Shown piece after piece: positions 39,269 to 52,837 of a stretch of 64,000 nucleotides of DNA. Source of the stretch: Dendrobates tinctorius (taxonomy: Eukaryota); NCBI RefSeq assembly GCF_039654945.1, contig NW_027361696.1, positions 60,760,001-60,824,000 of the forward strand, written 5' to 3'. Position 1 is the stretch's first letter. Each line of letters opens with the position of its first letter. The position numbers were made by a program, and so were the translations under genes. Under the pieces are notes generated by a model. That model made no database searches, had not been told where the DNA came from, and was given only the letters and a program-made list of their open reading frames with translations.

Positions 39269-41350
39269 AGGGCCCGTTACCCATAGCGATATCGCTAGCA
39301 ATATCGCTGTAAAAGCCCCTCCCAGCTAGAGATGAGTGGATTGATTCGCAAAACTCCAGTCCAGTCCAGGAGACCTACGAATCTCTTACCTTCCGAAGTC
39401 TATGATGTGACCCATTTAACTTAACAGGTCTGGTGCGCGTCATCTGTGAGACATGACGCACAGATGGCATCACGCCAGCATTGGCTAATTAAAAGCTGTA
39501 CTGGTGACACCAAAAAGTAAGAGATTCTCAGGCTCCTGTCTAGCCATCAGGTACCTAGACGCTAGATCGGAGTTTCGCGAATTAATCAGCTACTCCAAAC
39601 CATTTCCAACTGTATAATATAACCAACCCTGCGGTACACGGAGCTGACTCAGCTCAATATATGCAAAGCGCACATTCATGTACCACAGATATTGCCAATG
39701 GAAATCTGGGCTCATTTGGTTCCCTTAAGTACAACAGGCTCAAGCACTTGCTTGGGTTCACTGAATGATGACTGACGACCGCCCTGTTCTCACTGCTGGG
39801 ACTCCTGTCAATCACAATAATTGGGAATTCATATCAGAAGTTTGTAAGGAAATAATGTATTTCAAGATTTTTTTAAAGCTTCCGCACTGGAATCCCCTTG
39901 GCTCCACTTTACAAAACCTATATAGCCATAGATAGCAGATCACGCTATAGTCCCATTTTCTACAGATTTTCCTAAGAATTAAAACACTAATTTACATAAA
40001 AAGTGATTGTGATTCCTATATGATACAGAGTTTGTACTGGGGTTTAAGGGAGGAGGAGATTTGGGGGGTCTTTATTTAATAGGTTGGGATTTTAAAGTGA
40101 AATATCGAGACATGTTAAGGAGATCTGAAATTAGCCAAATTACAGGAAACTTTACATTTGGCTTTCCAATAATTTTTATCAACATTTTTAAACATTCGAG
40201 AAAGGTGGGAAGGGGGAAGGGTAGTTATAAGGGGAGTAAGGTAGGGATAACTGGGGAAAGGGAAGGGACAATATGGTGAAGGAAAGCTCAATAATGAATA
40301 AAAGGATAATGATCATTGATATGTAAGGTATTACAATAATATTTGTAAGACTGAAAATGTAGGAAAATTACTAAAAATTAGTTTACAAGAGTATTACATA
40401 AACGGAAACGTTAAATTTGGAAACATGCATAGAGATGCATACGGACAACAAAATGATGCTTACTTCAAGTGTTGACACCAACGCACTCCAAACCACCATA
40501 GCTTTTAGGGCTTGATTCCTATTTGCCCCGATCCTCTTACTATGATACTTGATTTAATTCACTACATTATTTTTGTTGGCAGCAACATATAAGCAAACTC
40601 TGCATCTGGTCATCTACCCCCTCCAAAACATAAAGTCAGGCAGTCCCCAGTGATGAATACGACTGCTTGGCCATCCTGATGAAGACTACAGAGATGGATT
40701 TTATGGTGGTGGTCGCATTACCTTCATCTCCCCCTACCAAGTGAACAGTTCTTCTTTGCTCTCAGGCATGATGTCTGAGCATACTATAGATGTGTGCTAC
40801 CACTTCTGCCATGTGTGCGGACCTAGACCCAGGTCCTTTTTGCTCCCCCCCATAAGACCATCTTTATGACACCCCTGCTTTTAGTGATTTTGGAGCTTTC
40901 CATCATCTATAAAATATAGCGAAAGTGACCTCTCTTTCTAGAGATCCGCTAGCATCCATATGGCTTACCATTAACGGATCAGCACAAAATGACTGTTCAA
41001 ACCAAGCACAGATTCCCAATGCACCCTTGGTGTAGCCAAGAGTTTAAAGCTTTTCATCTATCTCCATCCTTTAGTTCCATGATTGACAGCCAGGAGAGGG
41101 TGATATAGATGAAAAACAAGTAGGTGGAAAGGTGCACTGAACTTCTCACCCATGCCCAGAAAGCACTGAGCACTTGAGCTTGGTTTGAACAGTCTTTTTC
41201 TGCTGACAGACTCTCTTTTAAGGTGTCTACTCCATGATTAACATAAAATCTTCTGGTACAACTTTCTTTCTGTATTTCTTCTGTTGCAATTCCGCATTAT
41301 GGTCACAGATGGATGTTGCAGATATTCAAGATCCTAGGGCGACAAGTTAG

Positions 41351-41566
<216 letters not shown>

Positions 41567-42086
41567 CAAGGAGCGTTGATCAAGATATTACTCTGCATTA
41601 AAGTCTCTGATATTAGAAGTTTTCGCAATGTGTGACTGTTCTCATTGTGGTTATTGACTCTTCTAAGCAAATACTGAAACCCGAGCCGTTCTCGGCCACA
41701 AGTGCATTCAGCAAAGGATTTTATTCAACTTTTACCACAACCCAGAAACTATTTAGCTGTGATAGAACAGAAAACTGAAATAAATAGGAACACCTGTTCT
41801 TGGGAGTAGAAGCAAATGCAATCTTTTATTTTCTGAGAATTGGTGAGGCCAGACATTAATGTTAGGGAGGGGCCGGGCTCACAATCTCTGCTCTGGGATG
41901 GGGTTGAGGTCCGTGCTTTGTGCGGCCAGTCAACTTCTGCCATCAAACTTCCCCAGCCATGTTTGTATGGACCTTGTGCACTGGGCACAGTCATGGGGAC
42001 CCAAAAGGGTCCTTCTCCAAAATGTTCCCTTAAAGTTGGATGCTACAATTGTCCATAAGGTCTGAAGTATTAAGATTTCCCATCAC

Positions 42087-45000
42087 TAGAGTTGAGCGAT
42101 ACCGTCCGATATTTCAAAGTATCGGATCGGAATGGATCGGCCGATCTTAAAAAAAAGTATCGGTATCGCCGATTCCGATACCGGAAGTCCCATTCAAGTC
42201 TATGGGACTTCCGGTATCGGAATAAGAAAAATCCTGTTTTTCCCTTGTACAGCCTCTCTGGGGTCTGTACGGGCCTTTCGGGGGGCTGTGCCGGCCTGCC
42301 AGGGGGTCTGTGCAGGCTCCGGTGGTCTGTGCCGGCCTGCCGGGGGGCTGTGCAGGCTCCGGTGGGCTGTGCCGGCCTGCAGGGGGGCTGTGCCGGCCTG
42401 CCGGGGGGCTGTGCAGGCTCCGGGGGGCTGTGCCGGCCTGCCGGGGGGCTGTGCCGGCCTGCCGGGGGGCTGTGCAGGCTCCGGGGGGCTGTGCCGGCCT
42501 GCCGGGGGTCTGTGCAGGCTTCGGGGGTCTGTGCAGGCATCGTCCGATGGGACTACAAGTCCCATCGGGCGATGCCTGCTACCATGACAGTGATTGACAC
42601 ATTAGCCAATGATGGGACAGTAGTAGTCCCATCATCCGGCTAATGTGTTGAATGTAAAAAAAAAAATAAAAAAAAAAAATTACATGCTACATACATGCTA
42701 CATACATACAACATGCATACTACATACATGCTACATTCATACTACATACTACATACATGCTATATTCATACTACATATATACTACATGCAACATACATAC
42801 TACATATATACTACATGCATGCAACATGCATACTACATATATACCACATGCAACATACATACTACATATATACTACATGCAACATACATACTACATATAT
42901 ACTACATGCATGCAACATGCATACTACATATATACTACATGCTACATACACACTACATATATACTACATACATACTGCATGCTACATACATACTACATGC
43001 TACATACATACCACATACATACTACATACATACTACATGCTACATACATACCACATACATACTACATACATACTACATGCTACATATATACTACATATAT
43101 ACTACATGCAACATACATACTACATATATACTACATGCAACATACATACTACATATATACTACATGCATGCAACATGCATACTACATATATACTACATGC
43201 TACATACATACCACATATATACTACATACATACTGCATGCTACATACATACTACATGCTACATACATACCACATACATACTACATACATACTACATGCTA
43301 CATATATACTACATACATACTGCATGCTACATGCATGCTACATACATACTACATACATACTACATGCTACATACATACCACATATATACTACATACATAC
43401 TACATACAATACATTCATACAATACATACATAGACATACAGTACATATAACATAGAGTAACATACTTACCAATACTTGTCACATTGTTCCCCGAAGCCAT
43501 TGTCTTTTACGGAATAAATATTAACATAACAAACCACAAAAATACTCACCCACGATCCGAAGCAGTCCACGAGTGTGTCCCACGACGATCTTGGGTAGAG
43601 AACTGCAGCATCAGCTGTTGCTGCCGTTCTCTACGGGCTGCAGGAATCCAATGACGGAAGGTAGGTATCCTTCCGCACTGTATTCCTCCGCCACTTAAAA
43701 AAAAAAAAGTCCCTAGTCTCACTTTATGCCATTGCTGTGTGGGAAATTCTCACGCAGCAATGGCATAAAGTGAGACTAGGGACTTTTTTTTTTTTAAGTG
43801 GCGGAGGAATACAGTGCGGAAGGATACCTACCTTCCGTCATTGGATTCCTGCAGCCCGTAGAGAACGGCAGCAACAGCTGATGCTGCAGTTCTCTACCCA
43901 AGATCGTCGTGGGACACACTCGTGGACTGCTTCGGATCGTGGGTGAGTATTTTTGTGGTTTGTTATGTTAATATTTATTCCGTAAAAGACAATGGCTTCG
44001 GGGAACAATGTGACAAGTATTGGTAAGTATGTTACTCTATGTTATATGTACTGTATGTCTATGTATGTATTGTATGAATGTATTGTATGTAGTATGTATG
44101 TAGTATATATGTGGTATGTATGTAGCATGTAGTATGTATGTAGCATGCATGTAGTATGTATGTAGTATGTATGTAGTATGTATGTAGTATGTATGTAGCA
44201 TGCATGTAGCATGCAGTATGTATGTAGCATGCATGTAGTATATATGTAGTATGTATGTAGCATGTAGTATGTATGTAGTATGTATGTGGTATGTATGTAG
44301 CATGTAGTATGTATGTAGCATGCATGTAGTATGTATGTAGTATGTATGTAGTATATATGTAGTATGTATGTAGCATGTAGTATGTATGTAGCATGCATGT
44401 AGTATATATGTAGTATGTATGTAGTATGTATGTAGTATATATGTAGCATGTAGTATGTATGTAGCATGCATGTAGTATATATGTGTTATGTATGTAGTAT
44501 GTATGTAGTATGTATGTAGTATGTATGTGGTATGTATGTAGTATGTATGTAGCATGTAGTATGTATGTAGCATGCATGTAGTATTTTTTTTTTTTTTTTT
44601 AACATTTAACACATTAGCCGGATGATGGGACTACTACTGTCCCATCATTGGCTAATGTGTCAATCACTGTCATGGTAGCAGGCATCGCCAGATGGGACTT
44701 GTAGTCCCATCGGACGATGCTTGCACAGACCCCCGGACATCAGCACAGCCCCCCGGCAGGCCGGCACAGCCCCCCGGCAGGCCGGTACAGACCCCCACAG
44801 GGTGCACAGACCACCGGCAGGCCGGCACAGCCCCCCGGCAGGCCGGTACAGACCCCCACAGGGTGCACAGCCCCCCGGCAGGCCGGCACAGCCCCCCGGC
44901 AGGCCGGCACAGACCCCGGGCAGTCCACACAGCCCCCCGGCAGGCCGGCAGAGACCCCCGGAAGGCCCGAAATGACGGCGCATCATGATGCGCACACACC

Positions 45001-45158
45001 GCGCATCATGATGACGTCAGGCTGTCAATCAACTTTGAACTTCCGATTCCGATGCCGACTTCCGATATTGAAAAAATATCGGAAGTCGGTATCGGAATTC
45101 CGATACAGCAAGTATCGGCCGATACCCGATACTTGCGGTATCGGAATGCTCAACACTA
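42087..45158. mobile_element. 3.07-kb foldback-like non-autonomous DNA transposon (giant internal palindrome with satellite modules)
   Basis: TAGAGTTGAGC...GCTCAACACTA termini flanked by (t)cccatcac and (g)cccatcac. The symmetry centre is at 43746. Mirrored modules: GC-rich 19-bp repeats, a unique block, poly(A), a catactacat microsatellite and a unique core. It is inserted in an old Tc1-like remnant (about 41840-45460). Confidence 0.88.
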
Positions 45159-46285
45159 GCCCATCACTGGAACTAAGGAGCCTCGGCTGATCCCTGATAA
45201 CAGCCCATAGCATTATCCTCCTCCACCAAACTGTACTGGGCCCACAATGCAGTCAGGGGGTAACGGTCACCTGGAATCAACAAATCACCAATCCCAGACT
45301 CCTCCATCAGATAGAGAAGTGTGATCCATCACTGCACAGAACACGTTTCCTCCAGAGTCCAGAGGTGCCAGCTTTAAACCACGCCATCCAATGCTTGGCT
45401 TTGTGCATGGTGATGTAAGGCTGCATGCAGCTGCTTAGCCATGAAAACTCATGCCACCTATACAAATCTATATATTGTACTTATGTTCATATACATATCT
45501 TCCTCATCTAAAATCTGTAGGCAAGATTGTAAGACTTTATTTTACTTTTCAGTTGGTGGAGTGACTGACCATCACTGGAGACAAAGATAAAACCAGAACT
45601 ATGTCCACTTAATGCACATGCCATTTTATTCCATTCTTCATATGCTCCAAAAAATCAAACAATTTTTAGGTGCTGTCCCTCTAAAACATCATGCATTAGA
45701 CTTTTCTTTCACACTTGCGCTTTTTTTGTTACATTTACATCTACGGTATTTATTTTCTGAAAATGCAAATAGAAATATACATATAATACAATTGGCAGAA
45801 ATATTACTTAACCATTGCTCAACATAACACATTAACAATATTAAAAAGGTTTGCATGAACAATGTCAACGCCTTTGAGCTGCAGATTTTGAGCTCCATGT
45901 TCTACGATCATTTTACCGTAAAAGACAATATTATATTACCGTAACTCTAAAAGTGTTGGCAGTGGATTATTCAGGATACTCTCCAAGCGTGTGACAGCAG
46001 AGCTTCTTTATTCAGGAACAATCAGGAACAATATATGATAAGCTTAATAAATCAGGAATAAATCATTTGTGTGTCTATCTGTGCAGCATCTACAGCAGGC
46101 TGCTTTTCTCATACACAGACACAGGAAAAGCAGGAAATACAGTCACATGCTCTCCCTGTGTGAGCCTCTGGGAGTTTTTTTTTGTTCTAACTATATAAAC
46201 AGCATACAAATCTAGCAACTGAACAGTCATAGACAGGAATGGAGTTGTTGCACCAAACATATTCCTTGAAATGATCAGTAGTTTA

Positions 46286-46545
46286 AAAAAGTTGGTGATC
46301 TGCCCTGCTGGTTCTGTATCTCAATAAAGATCTAATATGTGGTATCAGAGTGTCTATGTGGTTTCATTCTCAACTTGTTTTTCATTTAACAAACTTCTTC
46401 ATGAGAACCATAAGAGTTCTCTCCTGAGGAAGGGATGTGCTAACTGCGAAACACGTTGAGAATAAAACCACATAGACACTCTGATACCATATATTGGATA
46501 TTTAGTGTGGGTACAGAACGAGCAGGGCAGGTCACCAACTTTTTT
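46286..46545 (+). mobile_element. Penelope-like remnant: inverted repeat of about 90 bp flanking a minimal hammerhead-like motif (46420-46461)
   Basis: tctc-CTGAGGA-ag...c-GAAA-cacg-TT-gaga lies between inverted arms (gtggtatcagagtgtctatgtggttt / aaaccacatagacactctgataccat). Confidence 0.55.
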
Positions 46546-47769
46546 CCACTATTGAAATCATGTTGGACCTTCCAACCTTTTGGTGTTGCAGCAACACAAT
46601 CTCACAAGCTGAGCAATTACTGTATCCTTTCATAAAATACCAGATTGTTGGATAAAACACTATTGTGTCCGTATTGTCACCCCGGTTTCTCCTTTAAATG
46701 ATAGTAGCAGATAAAAAACAATAATGGATTAATTCTTATTATTGGCAACAAAGATAGGATTAAATATGCAGTCGGGTCCAGAAAACCTATTATTGAATGT
46801 CCTATTAGGGAACTCTGAGCTAATAGACAAGACACAAGAGGATACCCTGATTAGGATGCTTGACTACCCTTGACTACTCGAGTTGAATGCTGATGAGCAT
46901 CTATTGCATTTCTATAAATTACATGGACATTCCATTGAATTATGTAATGCTTCATTTGAACTGGGGTGGCACTACAGATGTTGCTGCTATCAGTGTGTCA
47001 AGAGTGGGAGAAGAGGGTTGCATTGATAATCTAACACAATGGGCAGCACTTTGAACACATTTTATAAGTGATCATAAACTTGTAAATGACTCATGAAAGA
47101 ATAAAGTTAAATTAAAACCAAACACACCACTGTTTTTCTTGTGAAATTTTCAATAAGTTTGATGTGTCACATGACCCTCTTCCCATTGAAAAAGATAAAG
47201 TTGGATCCAAAATGGCTGACTTAAAAATGGTCACCATGGTCACCAACCATCTTGAAAAGTTTCCTCCTTCCCATATACTAATGTGCTACAAACAGGAAGT
47301 TAATATCACCAACCATTCCCATTTTATTTAGGTGTATCCATATAAATGGCCCACCCTGTATTAAAGATGAGCAAAGAAATATGAAGCAAACCCAATTTAC
47401 CATCTATGAAAGTCAGATTTTGAAGAATTCTAATCTTTTTCTATTTGTTGTGCTGTAATGGTGAGCCGCCACATTGCTATATTACTTTGATGATAGGGCT
47501 TTATATTATTAAAAATTATTCGCCTGTCACCTGTCCTGCCACTGCAGTGCCCTGCCTCTGCTTGCTACCTACGGTTTTCTGACACTAACGCCTTGACTTT
47601 TGGCACATCCAACACTGACTATGTTTCCCATGTGTCATTGATGCTCTGCTAGACATCGTGGACCATGCGGAGGCCTAGGAGTTAGCACAGGAGTGAGCGG
47701 AGCACCAGACAGTGAGCTACAGTGGCAAGACAGCTGCACACCCATTGGGATTTTATATGCATTACCCCA

Positions 47770-48780
47770 TTACATAATTTTGGAGTATGAGCGATTAGTA
47801 TCACTTAAGACTGTCCCTTCCCTGGAGTGAACCACACTGGAGTTGATCAGTTGGTCAGATATCTTTTTGAAAATCCTAAAAATTTCTTTTCGAAATTTAA
47901 CCCCAACAAAGGCATAAATTATTGGGTTTATGCAAACATGAGAAAGGCCCAAAGTCTCAGTAATCACCAAGCCAATGTCCAACATCTCTTCGAAACGGCA
48001 GCTCCGGGAGAAGAAGCCCATTCTTTGAAGAGTATCGATGAGTTGCAAAGATGTATATGGTGCCCAGCAGAAGAAGAAGACAAGTAGAAGAACAACAATT
48101 ACTAACTGAGACCTTCTGGATTGGTTTAACCTGGACTCTTGTAGAGTACAAAATATTCGAGAGTAGAAAAACAACATAAATATCAATGGGATAATGAAAG
48201 CAATAAAAATTTTCGTAAGTTGTAATGCAATCCTCAATGAGTTTGATTTGTCCGGGTCAAACTTGTAATAGCAGATTGTTGTGTGGGACAGCATGTTTTC
48301 TCCAATGTCACGAAAATATAAATCTTGCCAAGACAAAATGCATGATAAACCCCAGACAAAAAGACAAATCATGATTGTGTGGATTGGTCGTTGCTTTTTA
48401 TGAAGATCCACGGCATGGACAATGGAGAAATAACGACTCAAACTAATAGAAACTAGGAGTAAAATGCTACTGTACATATTTACGGTAAATAAAGCTCCCA
48501 AAATCTTACAAGACACTTGACCAAACAACCAACTGTAGCCATACTGGACAGCCCAAAATGGTAGAGTAAGACCTAGAAGAAGGTCAGACAAGGCCAACTG
48601 GAACAGATAGTGATCTGCTAGATGCCATGAGGATTCCCTCCTGATCAGTATGGTTAACACTAATCCATTTCCTATTAGATCCATGAGAAAAACAATCGTC
48701 AAGGCTGCCGGAACGAAATATCCTAAAAATGACTCGGTTTTCTCACAAGGCAAGGTGTCCAAATTGGAGGGTGTATAATC
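47770..48780 (-). CDS. CXCR3-like chemokine receptor, main exon (7TM)
   Basis: Acceptor gtgtctccag|GAT TAT. Motifs: N-terminal PC, GNGLV, LALSDLL, TLPFWA, SRYFSIVHAV (at the DRY position), CWAPY, NPIIYAFVGVKFR. The TM7 and helix-8 pattern is CXCR3-like. The paralog (cxcr3 versus cxcr3-like) is not resolvable by eye. Confidence 0.9.
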   Translation of the reverse strand, partial: DYTPSNLDTLPCEKTESFLGYFVPAALTIVFLMDLIGNGLVLTILIRRESSWHLADHYLFQLALSDLLLGLTLPFWAVQYGYSWLFGQVSCKILGALFTVNMYSSILLLVSISLSRYFSIVHAVDLHKKQRPIHTIMICLFVWGLSCILSWQDLYFRDIGENMLSHTTICYYKFDPDKSNSLRIALQLTKIFIAFIIPLIFMLFFYSRIFCTLQESRLNQSRRSQLVIVVLLLVFFFCWAPYTSLQLIDTLQRMGFFSRSCRFEEMLDIGLVITETLGLSHVCINPIIYAFVGVKFRKEIFRIFKKISDQLINSSVVHSREGTVLSDTNRSYSKIM

Positions 48781-49728
48781 CTGGAGACACATAATTGCAT
48801 GAGTTATTAAAACTTTCTTTGAAACTTTCTCTTTATAACAAACTTTGCAATTGGATTCAATGGGAAATACACAATCAAATCAAGTGATGAGAAATTAGAT
48901 ACAGAATACTTGCTGATCTGCAGCAAAATCTGCAGATGTGGGATACTTCCTTACCTAATCATCTGTTGCTTCTCAACCATCTCTCTAACCTGCCGATCAG
49001 GATAGAAGACAAACAGCTTAAAAGTACACCAGAAAGGCGGAAGATGCACCATAGTTATTACATTGGCCCACATGGGGTGATATATTTGGCACTAATTGCT
49101 AGGTGTTTTAGACTCTTCTGTACACTTCCTCTTGGTTGGCTTACTCTGGATTATTATTTTTTGCCAAGATTTTGGTGCAATTTTGGTTGAATCTAGTACA
49201 TATGATGACTTGTCTAAGCCACTCTTCTATCTAACAAGGCTTAAAAATAGAAAATAAATTGGTGCAAGTAGTAATTTGCCCTCTGTGTGTCTCAAAATCA
49301 TTTTACCTTGAGTAAAACAACGACTTTCTTAATATTTTTGCAGATTTTAACTGTGGAAGGTTGTATGTAGTCCTAGCTTTGGAAAGAAAAATTGGAAAGG
49401 GGGTTGTCTGGTATTAAACTACAAGTCTGCAATCACTACTAGACCACAAAATTGTGAATCCTCACATCGCATGCTCTGCACTCTGTGAGTGTTTTCCAGT
49501 GTTGGGGCTGGGAGCGGACAATCATGTGACTGGAAGTATGCAATTTGCATACTTCCAGCCACATTCTGACTAGACTGTCTTCGGCCTTGCTCATTACTTC
49601 TGCATTGAGTGAGTCTGTAATAATCTGGTCGGTAGGTGACAATATGTATGCAAATCACATATTTGTGGTCATGCACCCACCGAGAGGATTTACAAGTTAC
49701 ATAGAGTGACTGCAGACTTGAAGCCTTA

Positions 49729-50123
49729 GGGTACCGTCACATTTAGCGATGCACCAGCGATCCCGACAACGATACGACCCTGTCAGGATCGCTGGTGCAT
49801 CGCTAAATGGTCGATAGTGAGCTACCAAACAGGCAGATCTCACCAGCGATGCAGCAGCGGTCAGCGGTCGTTTATTACCTGTCAGACGTGGAGATGAAGA
49901 CGTCCTCCTGCCCGTGTCCACGCGTCGCTCGTCGGCGCCAGCAGGAAGCCGCCGCCGAGAAACGGCCCAGGACGTTCTTGCGCGATCAGCGATAGCCAAC
50001 GGGGGAGCCGGTCGGAGGTAAGTATCACACATAGTGATATCGCTAGCAATATCGCTGCTGCATCACAAAATCAGTGTCGCTTAAGCGATATCGCTAGCGA
50101 TCTCGCTTAGTGTGACGGGGCCT
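49729..50123. mobile_element. PIF/Harbinger-like MITE (TTA TSD) nested in a T2-like MITE (about 49398-50143)
   Basis: tta|GGGTACCGTCACAT...GTGTGACGGGGCCT|tta; host element ends aggggttgtctgg...ccagataacccct. Confidence 0.85.
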
Positions 50124-50777
50124 TTATACCAGATAACCCCTTTATGGGTAAATTGAGAACCAGAGAGCCCCCATCCTATTCACGATCTTCATGTATTAGC
50201 AGGAGAAGAAAAGGGTTACAGCAAGCTTCACTTACTCAGTGTGGTCCAGCCTGTCCAAGATTGGAAAGGAAATGGTGCAATGCTACCTTGAGGGCGGTAT
50301 TGAATCTTTGTTCCCAAACTCATCTACCTCCTTTGTTGCCAACAGTGTAGAGATTTCAGAAAAAAATTGCAAGCAATTCGTGGATGCTCTGAAGGTGAGA
50401 AGGATTTGGGCTTTGGATTGAGAATTTTTGCAATAGAGATGAGGGCTGAGTGCTAAATGTCCCCACATGACACCAATGTTGGTAACTTTGCAATTTTTCA
50501 TATTTGCCCTGATTTGCCCCTCTTATGTCTGTACCTAGCATAGAATGGCATGGAGAAGAAGAATTCTTACCCATCCAATACGCGATAAAACTACACCTTA
50601 AAAGTAACATGGGAGCAATATTTTGGTGTGAAAGGGATATAACTGAGAAAGCCTTTGTTTTATTTTGAGATTCACAAATAATGCTTCCATAAAAAACTCT
50701 CCCAATAAAATCAGAGGTGGACAGATAAGGCTCGATCACCTCTATGGTAGCCTTATTTTGTTTCCTTTCAAAGCAGA

Positions 50778-51398
50778 TGTCATGATCTGTTTGGAATCTG
50801 CAGGCCGGTGCTCCAGGGGTTAATACTTGGAGCCTCTCCTTTGCTCAGGGAGGGTTTTATATGACTGCTGTCCGGCTCCACTCCTTGTCAGTTATACTTC
50901 TGCCCTCGGCTGAGTTAGTTGACCCCTGAGTGCCTGTGCCTTGTGCCTGCTTTGTTGTCTGATCCCCTGCTTTTGACCCAGTCCTTTTACCATTGTGCTC
51001 TTGTCTTCTGATTCGGTACTGTGTATGTGTTCTCCTAGTTTTTGACTTCAGCTACGTCCCTGACTAATCTCCTGCATACTTCCCTGGTACTTTGTCTGCC
51101 CGCACGGTTTTGACTCTTGGCCCAGTTTCCAGTTTTGACTCCCCTTCTGTTTATCGCTTATCGGCTTCCCTAATCACCTTGCCTTCCAGCAGGTCCCTGC
51201 CACGCTCAGCGACTCCCTCCAAGAGTGCAGTGGTTGGCCCCACCCCGGGTCCGTCTCCGGCAGTCACATGCCGCAGGTCCCATTGGCCGGCGCTCTCATC
51301 TGCTCTACAGCTCCCTCCGGGCTCTGCGCAACCTCGTAGTGTCCGACCTGAATCAGGACCCGTGCACTGACCTGTGTATCAGTCACGGGGTCCTGACA
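50778..51398. mobile_element. Solo LTR
   Basis: TGTCATGA...TCCTGACA termini; near 5-bp TSD gcaga/tcaga. Confidence 0.6.
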
Positions 51399-52837
51399 TC
51401 AGAATTATTAGGGCATATGAATAATAATCTCTAGAGATAATGTTAGTGAACTATCACTACTGGTCAGATGTATCTCTACCAGCTTCATGGTTCTCTTTCA
51501 AAGGTCTTATTTGTAGTTCTTTATACAAATGTTCACCACAATGGTTTCAGCATTGTATGGATCTCTTGGTTTGAGTCAGCCACCGATTTACCTAGACAGC
51601 TTTGAGTACAAGAAAAAAATCCATAGATTTGAGGAAAGGGTAAGGTTTTAGCTTAGCATCATATCTTCATTCAGTCTGGAAATCAGGCTATTTTGGTGGC
51701 AAAATCTTTTTGAAATTTGAGGACCCAAAATTGGCTCCATTGGCATGCCATTCACTTTGAAAGTGGCAACTTATCTCCAGTCCTCTGCTCTCTGAGTATA
51801 GACTCTTTATAGCCTTGAGTGATTAAAATCATCTTCCCCTCATCCGACTGTAAGTTGTACATCTAATAAATCTAAGCTAGATGGTGGCAAAAAGTTGCCC
51901 AGGCATTGCAAAATTACAGGTGTGCCACAACTTCACACTGCCTTGGGACATTTCAGACATGTTGTGATATTTTTGGAACTGTCTAGCTACTTTTAGCAAA
52001 AAAAAAGTTGGAATTCTTGGGCAACTTATCTCCATATTGTTACTAGCCAAAGGATTTTCCACTTGGTAGAAGAGTGTCAAGGACAAAATTCACCTTTGAC
52101 TATTTTTCCTTTATACATGGATTGTACAGAATGTCAAATGTCATTTAACTCAATTTTGTCACTTTCATCTCTGTATCTCTCTTACAAAATAAAAATGGCC
52201 AAAATGTTATCTAATTTATAAAAAAGTAAAGAAACTAAAATTCACATAAAAAGTATATGTATGTAACAGCAAGAAGCAAATAAAATAGGAATAAATTAAA
52301 TTAATTCATACATAAATTAACAAACAAGTCAAATTCTGTATTTAAAACATTTTTATAACTTAGTTAAAAAATTCCACATGAATAAAGCGAGAAGAAAGTA
52401 TAAGGAATCATAATAAAAGATGTGAAAATAAAATGTCAATGTTCTATTAGTCTCATCTTTGATAGAATAGTTTTAGCTAAGGGAATAGAAAGCTGTGATA
52501 ATGAAAATTCTCATCAAATGTTGTAAAAATAAAAAAAAGAGAAATTATTAAACAAAAAGATCTGTTCATACACAGTAAATAGGGACAGTGATTTGGTAGC
52601 CCCACAGCTGTTCGGATATATTGGATGGCACTAAAGTTGCATGCACACACAGCTTCCAAAATCTTTTCATTGTGTCATATGGAAATATACCAATAAAGAA
52701 CAAAAAAAAATCTTCCAGTGAAAAATTAAATACAAATTTGTGAAATTTTTGTTATATTTCATGCTTCTTGTACTTTTCATGCGATAACTTCTACACTTAG
52801 AAATGATCTTGAATATACAATATTTACTCATACTCAC

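Noticed and set aside
40671-40700. CTGATGAAG hammerhead-like box
   Set aside because: No downstream GAAA box or stem III.
42070-42643. Gly/Cys/Ala/Pro-rich ORFs (also 44660-45190)
   Set aside because: Translations of a GC-rich 19-bp minisatellite.
42645-44612. Long His/Tyr/Thr-rich ORFs on both strands
   Set aside because: They are translations of the stop-free catactacat microsatellite in the foldback arms, open in all three frames.
48781-48792. MCLQ start of the 340-aa receptor ORF
   Set aside because: It overlaps a splice acceptor (gtgtctccag); an in-frame upstream exon at 52888-52838 gives a better N-terminus.
50140-50760. Possible old LINE/L1 coding remnant in the receptor intron
   Set aside because: Too decayed to assign a motif by eye.
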